DNA from: Intoshia linei
Taxonomy: Eukaryota; Animalia; Orthonectida
Direction of reading: 5' to 3'
Assembly (NCBI GenBank): GCA_001642005.1
Contig: LWCA01000211.1
Span: forward strand, 1 to 39,794
DNA: 39,794 nt
A program made the translations under genes and the position numbers. Under the pieces are notes generated by a model. It worked only from the letters and a program-made list of their open reading frames with translations. It searched no databases and was not told the DNA's origin. Each line of letters opens with the position of its first letter. Within the stretch, counting starts at the first letter, position 1. Shown here piece after piece: positions 1-13,400 of this stretch.

Positions 1-430
1 CGCATGTCGCATATATAAAAAAATTTGATTTTTAATTAAAAAATTAATAACACAGAATTTAGCCGGTAAAACCAGTTGCTTCCTCACACAACGAAGAAAC
101 ATCCAGGCCCGTGAGAGATAAATTTTTAGTATAATATCATTATAAAGAGGTAAGTAACTTATTTAAATTATTTCAAGAGCGTTTGGCCAGTAAAAACCCA
201 CTTTCTTTACAATATTTCTCATAAAGATAATCTGAATTATTATTACTTTTTAAAATCATTTTTAAGGTTCCCATACTCACACCGTATAATACTTTTATTA
301 AAACTTATTTGATTTAAATTTGAGAAATGATGTTGTTTCATTGCATACAACAGTAATTTAGAAAACTTTAAATTGAAAAATATCGCATTTAGATTTCACA
401 GAACACGGGTTGAGAACCACTGCTCTAGAG

Positions 431-593
431 TTTTGAATAAATGATCAACATCTGAAAACTAATAATTATGAAAAATTCTACCATAAAAATAAACAAAAGT
501 TGATGAATTTTTTTATATTTTATTGGAATCTCACGGACCAAGGTATATAGTTTTGGACACCAGGGGTCCACGGTCCCGAATCGAGAACCACTG
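431..593 (-). mobile_element. End fragment of hAT-type MITE family A
   Basis: Ends GAGAACCACTG. Shares ATAAAAATAAACAAAAGTTGAT..GAATCTCACG with 21840-21933 and, inverted, with 5527-5625. A second hAT-like end stops at 422. Confidence 0.7.
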
Positions 594-1258
594 CTCTAAA
601 AGTTATATATTCAATTTTAAATTGTGTTGAGTAAATTGTAAAATACAATTATTTATTCATGGAGATAATATGATTTTTTTGTTTAGGGGCATTAGCCTAA
701 AAAATGTTTAGTATTCCTGGTCTAGTCTTATTCTATTAAGTAATGCTAATCAGGTGTAAATATTTTGATGTAAGATGTAAATTGAAAAAATCATTTAAAA
801 TTGCTAATAAATTTAATGTCACTAGATAATTATAAAATATTAATAATAATTATAATTAAACGCATTTTATACTTTATTATACTAGATTTATTTAATATAT
901 TTTACGGCATAATGTGTTTTAAGAATTATAAAAATTGTATAAATTACCATAAAATTTCCAAAGTTGACGAAATTACATAAAACGTTAAATTAATCTTAAT
1001 ACTCAAATATTTGCTTGACTATATCTTGAATAAATATCAAAACATTTTTGTTATATAAAATTAAATGTCGGTGGCGTGTTATTTAAAAAAAATTTTCTTA
1101 GAATTTAAACAAGAAAATTAGATAGTCAGTTTCGTTATGTACAATGTACATTTACACTAAAAAAAATTAAATATGAGAAATTAACACTTCACTTTCTAAC
1201 GAGTTATTACAAAACTATTACAATTATTTACTAAATTTTATAATTATGTATATTTTAG

Positions 1259-1404
1259 GAACTTCAAATTGGACACCAGATTATTTTGAAAACATTGGTG
1301 GTATTAGCATTCAGTTTGTTCCAAACGCATTCCTTGAAATGGACACAAACGTTACTAAAATATTTGAAAGGGATTGGTATAGCAAATATGCATTTGAAAA
1401 TTAA
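1259..1404 (+). CDS. PLD3: Terminal exon of a PLD3/PLD4-family (phospholipase D-like 5' exonuclease) gene; upstream exons lie outside the window
   Basis: After the acceptor ttttag (AG 1257-1258) it reads (G)TSNWTPDYFENIGGISIQFVPNAFLEMDTNVTKIFERDWYSKYAFEN*. This matches the PLD3 C-terminal motifs GTSNWxxxYF and IFxRDWxSxY. AATAAA at 1413-1418. Not in the ORF track. Confidence 0.85.
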
Positions 1405-1541
1405 TAATGTCTAATAAACGTTGAAAATATCTTAAATTTAGAAGTTTATTAAGTTATTGATTTAATAGGTAGTATTTGTTCAAGATTCTCGTATTAAAAT
1501 AAACAATAAGACAAATTTTTAATATAAATGCTCTTATCGAA

Positions 1542-2327
1542 ATGAGTGAAAATTTAGTAAAACGACCAAGTGAGAAACACACATACGGACGTACATTTAG
1601 AAGAAAATGCGTAATTGTGGGAGATGGTGGAATCGGCAAAACGTGCGTGTATGTTGCTTACGCAAAGCAAGATTTTATAGAATCACATGTACCAACTGTA
1701 TTTGAAACGTACATTACAGACATTCATCTTGAAGAAGAAAATACAAATGTTATAGTTTGAAACTTTTGATATAGCATATAATATAATCTAGCTTTCACTA
1801 TGGGATACCGCCGGCCAAGAAGATTATGACCGACTTCGACCTTTGTCGTACCCAGAAACCAACGTGGCTCTACTTGGATTTTCGATTAAATCTCCAGACA
1901 GTTACACCAACGGAAAAGAGAAATGGGCACAAGAGCTCTGCCATTTTTGTAAAGATTCCATTAAAATTGTTCTTGCTCTAAAAGTCGATTTACGAGAAGA
2001 TATAGGTTTTGTAAATTTAATCAAGTGTATATTTTATTTTCTTTTTAGACACTATAAATGAGCTTGCTAAAAATAATATCAAACTAATCACTAAACAAGA
2101 AACTATATGCCTTCAAGTAATTAATTATATTGATTTTCATTACATTTTAAAAGACTGATATTAAATTTGACGCAAGTCACGAATGTTCAGCTAAAACCCG
2201 CGTTGGTACTTTGTCTTTAAATTTTTAATTTAATGTTGAAATAGGCATAGACGAACTTTTTCAAATGGTTGCTCGCATGTCTTTAACAACTCTTAAAAAA
2301 AAGAAAAGCAAATGCAGTATTCTCTGA
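1542..2327 (+). CDS. Rho-family small GTPase, divergent RhoA-like, 209 aa, 5 exons
   Basis: Exons 1542-1754, 1792-2005, 2049-2116, 2154-2205, 2245-2327 (introns 37, 43, 37, 39 nt). Motifs: [39 protein letters not shown], Rho insert helix, ECSAK, polybasic KKKKSK and CAAX CSIL. Confidence 0.95.
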
Positions 2328-3481
2328 TGTACGGACACTAATGTTTTTATATCTTTTTGACTCATTTTTAGGGTATAACCAGTATATTGATACCTTTTTA
2401 AATAAATTTTTATTTTATCATTTATAAAATTTAATTTTATTTTATCGTTTTATTGTAATTTGTTAATTAATTAAATTTAATCTATATTTTAATATATATA
2501 TTACTAAAAATATCTTATCGCTAATTTGAAAATTAAAAAATGTAATGCAGAGTGGTAACAATAATGCGCAAATTTCATGACAGGTAATATTGTTTAACAT
2601 TAGAAACAAAAAGTTTTATTTTCATTTGGCGCATTTTGGATTTTATTTGCACAGGCAATTTTGCCTTGAAATGTTATTATTTTGTCGATCCTGTAATTTA
2701 AAATTTAAATTATTGACGGTACTTTTAATTTATTTTACTTATAATAATTATTATAATTAATTAGTCTGTTATTAATTTTGAAAGTTTTTTAAATTTACGA
2801 AAAAATCTGAACTTTGGGATATTTTGGTGGTAAATAAAACTAGAAAAATCGAAAATATTAATATAAATTTCAAATTTAGAAATCGGTAATGATATTATTG
2901 CGAACAATATAATTTTTTGATTGATACCTTTAAAATATTAATCGTACTGAACATAAACATTCTTCTACTTTAAATATATGAATACTGCAGTGGATGTCAA
3001 ACATTGTTTCTGCATCACCCTTTGAAAAAATTATTTTGTTTTTGTGATATCCAGAATACACCATCTGAAAAAATAAAATAGTAAAAAACCACCACTGATT
3101 TGACGAACCCTAAAGTACCAAAAATATAACATTTAAATTTTTAATTGCTGAAACTAAAAGTATTTTTCTAGGATCTATTCTTATAAGTTAAAACTAAAAG
3201 TTATTACTACATGTATACTATGCTTGTATTTGATTTATTGATTAATGTTTGATAGAGAAACAAATAATCAAAAATGAATGATACACGGAAAAGATCTATT
3301 AACACAAATTTGTAATTTACAAATACATCAGTTATTATTAAAATACAACTTAACAAATTATAGTGGAAATTAATAATTTCAATTGAGCGTAAATTCAATT
3401 TAATCTTGTGATATGCTTGTATGGTTCCTGTTGAGTTATTTTACACTCAACTTTATTTGTCGCGGAGTTCTTAAGATAAAA

Positions 3482-6400
3482 ATGACTATATTGTGTAATA
3501 TATTTATTTTGATTATAAATTTAAAATTGTATTTGAATCAAATTGTGCCCTCTCAGGATTTAAGAAAATGTGGACTACAGGATGTGCGATATGAGTACAG
3601 TTCTTGTGAAAACCAAGAATATAGATGGAGATTTGCAGTGCCAAAATTTAAAGATACATTAAAAAAATGTTCTTATCAAAATTCTACTTTATTTCAACCA
3701 GTTATATCCGACACATGTACGACTGATTGCCAGCCAGGCGAATATTATGATATTGACAAAACTCAATCTTGCGTTCCATGTCCACCCGGAACGTATTCTT
3801 ATGGAGATATACGAATTTATGATGGTAAGTATTTACTATTTCGTTTTAACATTTTTTAAGATTGGGATGAAGCTATCTTGCAAAAATATTTTAAAACAGA
3901 TTTGGAATACTATGATATCGATTATGATGGAACTAAGAGTTGTCCTGAATCTAGCTGGTGGTTTGTCAAGGACAATGCACTCTTTAGCTCCCCTAAAAAT
4001 TGCATTGCTACTTTATCTCATACTGTAATTCTAAAAAAGGAAGGTACTCTTCGTTTCCAATACATGATTTCCGGATCAAATATTATATTTAGGTAATAAT
4101 TTTATTTATTATTTTAAAATGTACAAAATTACGTATTAGTCTTTCGCATTTATGATATATTTATCGGAAATTATATTTTTATTTAATCTTTTCAGTTTTT
4201 TCAACCTTTTTAAAATATAACTTATGGTTAAAATATAAATATTAAAATAATTGAAAATATATATTATTACGAAATCATGTAACATTTGCACATTTAAATG
4301 TGACATGTCATATTTTCATGTATGTAAAGTTTGTAAACATTGTTTATGTATATTGTACATTCTACAATAATAATTGTAATACACAATTAATTAAAAATTG
4401 ATTAACATTACTTGCAATTAGAAATTATTAAAGTTTACGAGTTTTTTGAATTATACTTTCAAATATTGAAGTTTCTAAATTTGATGTGATGGCTCTTCTT
4501 CGAAAGGTCTAGTTTGCTATGGATAAAATGTGTTTCTTTTATTGAAAATGCAATTTAGCTTAAACATTCAAGCCGATACATGTTCTTCCGTTGATCAAAT
4601 GACGATTTATCTAAATGAAAGGAATGGAGATAGTTGGGTTAATAAGGAAACAGTTCTGCATACTGGGAAGTATAATATTCATTGGGTTGTCACTTTGGCT
4701 ACAGGGATTAATTTTGGTTTTGATGATGAAATGAATAAAGGAGTAAATGGTACAAATATATCCCTAAATGATTATGTCAAAATTAATTTTATTGAAATCA
4801 CTGGAATTGCGCTTATACCAGACTGTCGAAAATGTAAACCAGGATATTATGCTAGCAATAATGCCACCTCCAAATGCACACCATGTCCATATAATTCATA
4901 TTCACCTTCTTCTGGAGCTACTGAGTAATTTTTTTCATTATTTTACCAAACTATTAATTTATTATAAAATCTTACATAAACTCACTATTACCAAACATGT
5001 TATTCAATTTTACCAACCCTTTAAAGCAGAGATCTCTAATTTTATAATGTTTTTACTGACATTTAAAATTTGATTATTTACATGTAATGTTACGTTTTTG
5101 TGTGTTATCTGGAAATTACTGTATTAGCTGTAATTTTTTTTAAATTGTAGTACTTAGTTTTTTTTTATTTTTCAAAATGAGTAATTTGTGGTATGATCGT
5201 GAAGGTGCAAGTTTTTAAGGTTCCAATTTATAATAAAGCTCATGATTAAAATAAATATCTCGAATTGTTTTAAAAATATGACTAATTTTTAAAATAAGGT
5301 AATTTGGATTTTTGGGTGTGAATATAAAAAAATCAATATTTTCCAGTTCTATTTTAGAATTACATATTTTATTTTTAACTTGTATTTGTATAATTTTATT
5401 TGTACATGATAATTCTTTCTTTAACGGAATAATTGGTCTAGAAAAAAATATCATTACGTTAACCAGGAATTTTTTTGAAAAAATATTTCGTTAACTGAAT
5501 TTTTATAAATAAAATATACATTAAAACAGTGATTCCCATTGGGGTCCAAAATTATATGCCTGGGGTTCGTGAGATTCACATAAAATATAAAAAATTTTTG
5601 ATCAACTTTCGTTTATTTTTATAGGAGAACTTTTAATATTTATTAGAGAGTTTCTAGATGTTGATTATCCCAAAGCCTAAACGACTGCTATATTATTATT
5701 TCAAAAATCCCACTTTTATCCCACTATTAATAAAATTTAATTAAAAATATCATTTTAAGCCCTAAGGAAAAATTGACTTTTACAAATATTTTTTTGAAAA
5801 ATCTCATTTTACCAAACTTTATGAAAAAAATCAACTTAAACCACAAAATAAAAAATTCAATACCAACCCCTATAGGGGAAAAATAGGCTTTTTGCAATAT
5901 TTTTTGAAAAAATCGATTTTACCAAATTTTATGAGAAAAACCTCTTATTTCAACACAAAATAAAACTTCAATATTACCATCGGTTAAGGGAAATGTCTTT
6001 TTCCAATATTATTTTGAAAAATCTTATGAGCAACAAATTCCTAATCCAAAACCCAAAATAAAAAATCACCAAAGGTGTTTCACCAAATTGGTCACATCAA
6101 TGGTTAAAGTTTTTTTACGTTGTTTTCTAAAGATTTGATTTGAGTTTTCCCCGCCCGTTAAACATCCTTCTAGATTAGTGGATCCCAAAGTGGTCCACAT
6201 GGACCATAGAAAATTTATAGGTGGTCATAAAAAACGTATACTTGTTACCTTAATGACGTATTCAGGATTAAAGCCATTTTTTAATAAATTATATTGTCCA
6301 CATACATTTTTTTGTCGGCAAGTGGTCCATGATGGAAAAAGTTTGGGAACCACTGATTAAAAAGTCTAGACTCTAGACTTGTATAATACGATCTGAAGCA

Positions 6401-9312
6401 CATTGCGACCTATCATTGTTGGTACGAAAACAGTCCAAACAGGAACTTTAAATTTTTTCAACACGGTTTGAAGTATAAAGTTTCCAAACATTAATCAAAA
6501 CGCCAGTTTAATAAAACTGCGAAAAACACATTTTTTTATAAACAAAAAATTTGATAATACTTAATTAGTATTTTCAGTGAGTGGGTAGTGACAAGTCTGT
6601 CAATAGAAACTTTTAAAATAGTTTTTCTTAACCGGGTCAATACGCGAGTTTTTGGGGTGCCGGAGCTGTTTCTGTTTTATTAATGAATTAATTAATAATT
6701 AATTTAATTAAAAAATATGATAACTCGTTATCATTATTATTAGATTAACATTTTAAATATCAATTACATATATAGTAATTTTAATTACTATATTAATTAA
6801 TTGATTAATTAAGAGATGCATCACTAAAAACATTAAAAAGTACTGTCTTAGAGCAGAGTCGGCAACCTTTTGCGTCTCATGGGCCACTTTTTATTTATCA
6901 AAAAATTCTACGGGCCCGTTTTTGAAAATTTACACATGATAAATTTTAATTTTAACATTATGCGTGTGGTAACATTTAAAATTTGTTAGCATTTCTATAT
7001 TTGCCAACTACTGCATATGAAGTATATAACACGCATAGTGTTAACTGAAGAGAAACGGTTCTAGAATATTTAACAACATATAATATTCAGGGCCAAAATG
7101 ACCAACTAAATGATTAAAATGAGCCAATTATGGTAGAAAAGTGTTTAAAAGTTGAAAAATAAATAATTTACATATTTACTCAAAGGGCCACCAAAATTAT
7201 TTTGTGGACCACTGGTTGCCGACCCCTAGTCTTAGAGGTAATACTTATTCATAATATTTAGTGGTACTTTAAATAATTTGCTTATGATATTAAAGTTGAT
7301 AATTTCTAATTAGATGTATGGCATGCAAAAGTAATGAATATTCATCTGTAGGTGCAGCGAAATGTGTAGATAAACCTGCTTGCAAAAGTTACAATTTTTT
7401 TGAAATTGAAAGTGTCTGTCTCGACTATAAATCTACTAAAACATATGAATGGATGTCTCCAAAATTTTGCAATAGTTCGGCCATAAATAGTATCCAATTA
7501 CCGTTAACTCAAAAGGACACGACTTGTTCGAGGTGCAATAGTGGATACTTTATAAACACTTTGGGGAAATGCCAAGCATGTCCTAAGAATACATATAATG
7601 ATGGATACATTGTTAAATTCAATGAATGTAGAAAATGCCCGATAAAATCTCATCCTCGATACAATTTAAATATTACTTCATGGCTTGATCCAGATATAAA
7701 TATATCCAAAAAAATTGAGAGTTCAAATGAAGGAGTAAATAAATCACAAATTTGGATACACCAAAAAGACTTTATTCAAAATTATCCATATGCAAACACT
7801 AGTTTCTACATTTTTTTTTATGATTTCCTCCTCAATTCTCTAGATTTGTATATGAATGATGATATTAAACCACTAGGTTTTGTTGAATTTGAATTAGAAA
7901 CAAAATGCGCTGTAAATTGTTCATTATCATATAGACTATTTTCTCATGACAAAAGTGTCCATAGCTTTGGTTCTTTAATTAAACAAAAAGTGTCCATCCC
8001 CATTAAAACAAAGAGTTCTCAAATTATAGCATTTTACTTTGAAAGTGGACTAAAAAGTGATTACCTTAGAATTTATTCTTTAAATGTAACTAACCTTGAT
8101 AAGGACAAAGGTGCTGTGGGTTGTATTAAATGTGATTTTGATTCTAAAAATAGAACTTGCGCGAGTTGTGCTACCAATCAATATTACAATTTAAATCAAA
8201 ACAAGTGCATGCAATGTCCGAAAAATACTGTAATTGTTAAAACTAGGGGCGCTGAGAATGAATGCTGTAAAGAGTGTATGTTTGGAAAGATTCCTGTAAA
8301 TGCTACATATTGTGCAACTTCATGTACTTTTACTATTGAAGATGTGAATTATAATTTTACTAAACTTGCAAAGATTCACGTTGTGAAAGGTATGTCTCAA
8401 TTTAGACACTCTGGCTTAGAACATTACTCTCAATTCAATATTAGTTTGTGTGGTGATGGAATTTTGTTTCCACAAGTATCTTGCTCTTCTAAACGTCTTC
8501 ACACAGTTGATGCATCTATGATTTGTCAAAATACAGTTTATCCTTCTTTTGACAAGGATAAGACTAAAAAATATTTAATTTTATCTACAGCTGTAAGCAT
8601 TGCGGACAATCTTGTAAACATTACTCGGACTGACAGATCTTTTATATCCTTGTTTAACCAAACCGGCTTTCCTCTCACACCATCTAGTATTTTAAGTGAT
8701 ATCAATTTCGTATACGAAGGTCACAAAAAACCTTATTATTGCAATTCAAGCAGAAAAGTTGTGGTTACTTTACGATGTGACAAATCAATTAAAGAGTTAA
8801 ATCACATAGAAATACCTCCAAATTGCCATCAAGCGACGTGCGATGGTTGTACATTCCATTTTCTTTGGAACTCTTATTATGCTTGCCCAATTTGTAATAA
8901 TCAATCCGTCGTCCAAGTTAAAGGTGAATGCACAAATGGAATGCAAACTTTACACTACTTTGAAAATACACACTGTAGATTAGAAACTAATGGAACCGAA
9001 GGTCTTTACATAAAATCTATCGAATGTAGCGATCTCAATATTGCTGTTCGTATTTCAGTTGTTGTTTGTGTGTTAGTGGCTTGTATTTTGCTTTTATTTA
9101 TAGGATATTGTTGGCGTAAAAACAGAAATTTGGAATATAAATATATGAGACTTATTCAATCTAATGATGCTGATATTGACAGCACCGACGGACAGTGTAT
9201 GATTGATAATAATGGAGATGATAGTTTAGTTAATCACCTATATAATACAAACACTCCGCCCGTCCAATACATTCCGAAAATTTTCAGAAAGTCCAAAAAT
9301 AAAAAGGTATAA
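3482..9312 (+). CDS. ELAPOR: ELAPOR1/2 (KIAA1324/UPF0577)-like endosome-lysosome type I membrane protein, about 979 aa
   Basis: Exons 3482-3824, 3861-4092, 4559-4924, 7314-9312 splice in frame. Signal peptide, Cys-rich CxPCPPGTYS-type repeats, TCDGCTFHFLWNSYYACPIC, one TM helix, then WRKNRNLEYKYMRLI (family motif WKKNxKLEYKYxKL). A further terminal exon at 9814-9879 is possible. Confidence 0.9.
5527..6070 (+). mobile_element. hAT-type MITE family A copy in ELAPOR intron 3
   Basis: Starts CAGTGATTCCCA; inverted homolog of 21120-21933; internal ~120-nt degenerate repeats containing TTTTTTGAAAAATC..TTTTACCAAA..CACAAAATAAAA. Confidence 0.75.
6176..6355. mobile_element. Short hAT-type MITE
   Basis: TIRs TAGTGGATCCCAAA and TTTGGGAACCACTG; subterminal GTGGTCCA motifs; TSD not preserved. 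Confidence 0.65.
6853..7228. mobile_element. hAT-type MITE with intact TSD
   Basis: TIR cores GTCGGCAACC and GGTTGCCGAC; identical flanks GTCTTAGA at 6845-6852 and 7229-7236. Confidence 0.85.
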
Positions 9313-9519
9313 ACTATAAACTTTTTATATTATTTTTAACGTTTATAAATGTTACCCTATGGACAAAACTTAGGATTTTGTAAAATCTTTATAGTTGACA
9401 GTCATGTACTCTGCACATTGTAATGATGTCTGTACCGAATATATGTTATGATAAAATTGGGCCAATATGAAATAATTATATATTGTGGTTATGTGACAAA
9501 TAAAAACATATGGTACAAT

Positions 9520-9700
9520 CAGGGCTGTGGAAAGGGTCTACTTATTAAATTTCTTAAGTATACCAAAACTTCGATAACCAATGCAATTTCTACCGGTTAT
9601 TTTTAATTTTTAGATAATAAAAAATCGATTAGGCAATGTATAAATATTCCATTTTTTAAATTTTTTTATAAGGGCCTACTGCTAGCTCTCCACGGCCCTT
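9520..9700. mobile_element. Short hAT-type MITE
   Basis: TIRs CAGGGCTGTGGA and TCCACGGCCCTT; flanks GGTACAAT / GGTACACG. Confidence 0.75.
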
Positions 9701-10403
9701 GGTACACGCATTAACTATTTTATAAGCTGCTCCAAATTCTATTTTAAATTTCAATTAATATTTTTTAAAATTAAATGAAGGGTAAGTTAGTAAATCAATA
9801 CAAACATATTTAGATATTTATTACAAATGATTCGAATGTGTTAATGTGTAAATCAGGTGACCAATCTTGTTTTTTATAAATACTGTTAATGACTAGGATA
9901 AGAAAAGTTTTACATTATCTTAATAAAAATGATATCAATGTCTTACTGTGGGTCAAGAATTAGTTTTAGTTGGAATTAATTGAAAATACTGGTTTTATTT
10001 TATTACACCAATCATAAATAAATTTTTTCATCAATTACAAAGGGAAAATACATTTTAAATATTTTGAAAAAACCAAACTTTACCAGAATAACCCATCTTT
10101 ATATAAAGGTTCACTTATGATTTGATTAAATTTGATTCGTCTGTTGGGTTGGATAAAATGTATTTTTCTTTATAATAAATTATTAATATGGGTCAAATTT
10201 TCCATTAGGGTTTGATTAAAATTGGTTTTTATGTAATATTGGTAACTAGTGTCACTAAACCATTTAATGTGTAGATTGGCCATCTAATTTTAAAATTAAA
10301 TCAATTTTTAGAAAAATGATCTTATAAAGCTCGACGATCTAAACAATTCTTAGAACCAAATTATCTAATATAAATAAAATTTAAAAAACTAATTTTTAAT
10401 TGA

Positions 10404-13400
10404 TTAATCGGTATAAACATATTCGTCAGATGAAATTTTAGAATTTTGATTATCACATTCACTATCATACTCGTCACTGCTGCTGGAAGGTTCAGACACC
10501 GGTGGCGTTTTAGTTGTGACAATTTCGTGAGCTTTTACATGAATCTATAAAATATTATATAATTTAAAATGTTAAAATAATTTACTGTCAATGGAACTGA
10601 TACATCCAAATCAAAATAAGAATCTGATCGAACATGAACTGTGTAGAAATAATTTCCAGGTTTGGATTGAGCGTACAGTTTCAATTGATACTATGAAAAG
10701 TTATTTCAAAAAAAGTTTTAATTACTTCATTCTGTGTATAAAGAGAATCAATTAACAAAGGTATGGTGGATATTAATTGGTTTTTAGTGTCGGCAATGTA
10801 TAAATACCAATTTTCTTTTTTAACATCTGGGTAATACGGGCAATGGACTATATGTTTTTTAATTTCTGATTTGTTGGCAGATGTCTTAATTTCGTTTAAT
10901 TCTTCTTGTAGTTTTTTCCATTCTTCGTCTTCGTTATACGTTGTTTCTAGGTTAACCTGATCTGTTGTATTTTTTTCAGAATTTTGCTTCTAATGTTATA
11001 TAATTAGACTAAATAATCAAGAAATATACCCTTTTTTTTAATGTTGCTTTTTCATTGTCCTAAAAACAATTAAAACGTTTGAAAAAATTACAGAGTACCT
11101 CAACTTCAAATAATTTTGTTTTCAAGTCGACTCTACTTAAATTTACAACAACTGTAACCATTGAATTGACGGTTACAGATTGATCCACGTCGCCAATAAC
11201 TATAATAACATGAAAAATAAAAATTGAAAATAAACCTTTATAATGGGCTTCCATAGATATGAACGGCATTCGCCCCATAACATATTCCACGTCTTGAAAT
11301 TGCTCAGGAGTGAGAAAAGACAAAAGTTTTGCTCGTTTTTTTTGGGGTAAATTGATATAATGGTCTAAACTGCGGATAAAAACATCACCAATATGCAATC
11401 TCCGAATATTATTTGGCGTGAGATATGGCAATTGAAGCATTGTTCCGTATGATTCCGGTATAGCTTGAACTGCCATTTTAGAAAATTTAATTAAATTTTC
11501 AAAAGTTTCTAATTTTGGCGGTCTCGGAACATGACCCGTTTTGGCAAAAGACGTTAAATCACATAAGATTGTAATTGCTTCTTGAACGAGTGTTGTTATT
11601 TTTTTAACTACTATAGTTTTATCTTCTTCTAAATAATCTTCCAAGTAGTTTCTGTGTAAATGAGCATAAATAAGAGACCTGGCTTTAACACTGTACGGGT
11701 GGTTAAAAGGTTTCGTTTTTACATTTGCATTTATTTCATTGTAAAGTTTTATCAACTAAATTTTTAAAATACATTAAATATTTAGTTAAATTTATGTACA
11801 TCTTAAATTTAAATGAAAAAAGTGTAAACCTTTGGTATTAAAATGTTATCGCTTTGTCTATTTGATATTTGCGAATTGTAATATCTATTAAATTCAAAGG
11901 AACCGGAAATAATAACAATTACTCCTAAAAAACATGAACAAGTAAAAATTCAACCAAACTTTTGAGAGCAACATTAGACGTTAAATTGAAAAAACAGTAA
12001 AATAATCGATATGTATCTTGAAGCAAAACCTTTCCACTTTCTTTCTTTCTTTTGTTCCACCATAGCACCTTGTATTTAAATTATTTAAGTCTTACAATTT
12101 TTACAATAATAAGTGGCATACAAATGAGAAACAGCACTGCATAGACCAGCAAAACCTATATTTATTACATCAGTAGACACGTGTATTAGTATTTGTTATG
12201 TATAATTACGTAAACTTCATTGTTGGCATCAATGAGCCATTTTGGTAATGCAACTCCGAAAGTCATAACTAGTGTAAATAATTAACATATTAAAAGGTCA
12301 AAAATACCTCCAGGGCCATCTGGGTTACCATATTCTGCCCAATTTTCTCGGTCAGATTTTTTAGTTAATCTAGGTTTAATTTACAACTAATCCATTACTA
12401 TTATTACGCTTTGTAAGCTTTAGCTATTTGTAAAAATTTATCGTTGCTCTTGTCTTCTAATTTGTCTGGGTGGTAGATCAGACTCAATTTTCGGTAAGCA
12501 TCTTTTACGACAGTGACATTTGAACCCTATTAAAAAATCAAATAAAATATTATTATCATTATTTTTCAACGACTTGATTGTATAAATTGGCATTACAAAT
12601 CATTTCAATAATAAATGTTGTTCGTTTGTAAACTTTTTTCTATTTAAATTTAACAATTTTTTAGGTAATGAACTTAGATTTTTGTGATGTACCAGTGAGA
12701 TCACTGCCACAGTGGAAACATTATTATACAAAAATTATTATAATCATTGCATTGTGTAATGCAGGGGTTCCCAAACATATTTAGTTTACCATCCCCTTTT
12801 TAGCAATATTTTTTTTTGAAGGGTATTTGAAAAAATTATTATAATTATAATTATTAATTAATCATAATTTTTTTGATTCATCTGATTATGAGATATTTCC
12901 GAAGTCGATGTTTAATATTAATGAAAATTATATTTATTACTGTCACTGTTTATCTCAGTGAATTTCAAACTTGCGATAAAAATCTCCCCTTACAACCAAA
13001 AAATGCATCAACGCTCCACCTATATTATATTATTATATACCAGTACTATATCATATTTTTTAAAATCGCCCCCTGGTGTAATTTATTAAATTTTAAATTA
13101 CCGGTGGAATTTGAAGTATTGAATATGGGTCATATTCCACAAAATCACTGCTGAAATCGCTAATGTAATGAGTTCCAAATATGACCAAAAGCCAAGAAAG
13201 AGTAAGTATAATGGTTCTAAATAGACAATACAAATAGGAATGATATTTTAAATTTACTTAAAATAATGAATGCTTTCACAAGTAAACGGTTCCCTGTGAG
13301 GTGTTTTGCATACATTTAACTTTTTCGTTTTTGCAATGCTTGTCTCAGTTTTGTTATTTTAATAAAATAAAAGGGGCACTTACTGCAGCAATATTAATAC

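Noticed and set aside
1266-1385. Apparent ~70-nt degenerate tandem repeat (TGGACAC..TGGTAT)
   Set aside because: Explained by the PLD3-like coding exon.
5215-6360. ORFs 5215-5454, 5312-5494 and 6178-6360
   Set aside because: Short ORFs of biased composition within intronic repeat or MITE sequence; no transposase motifs.
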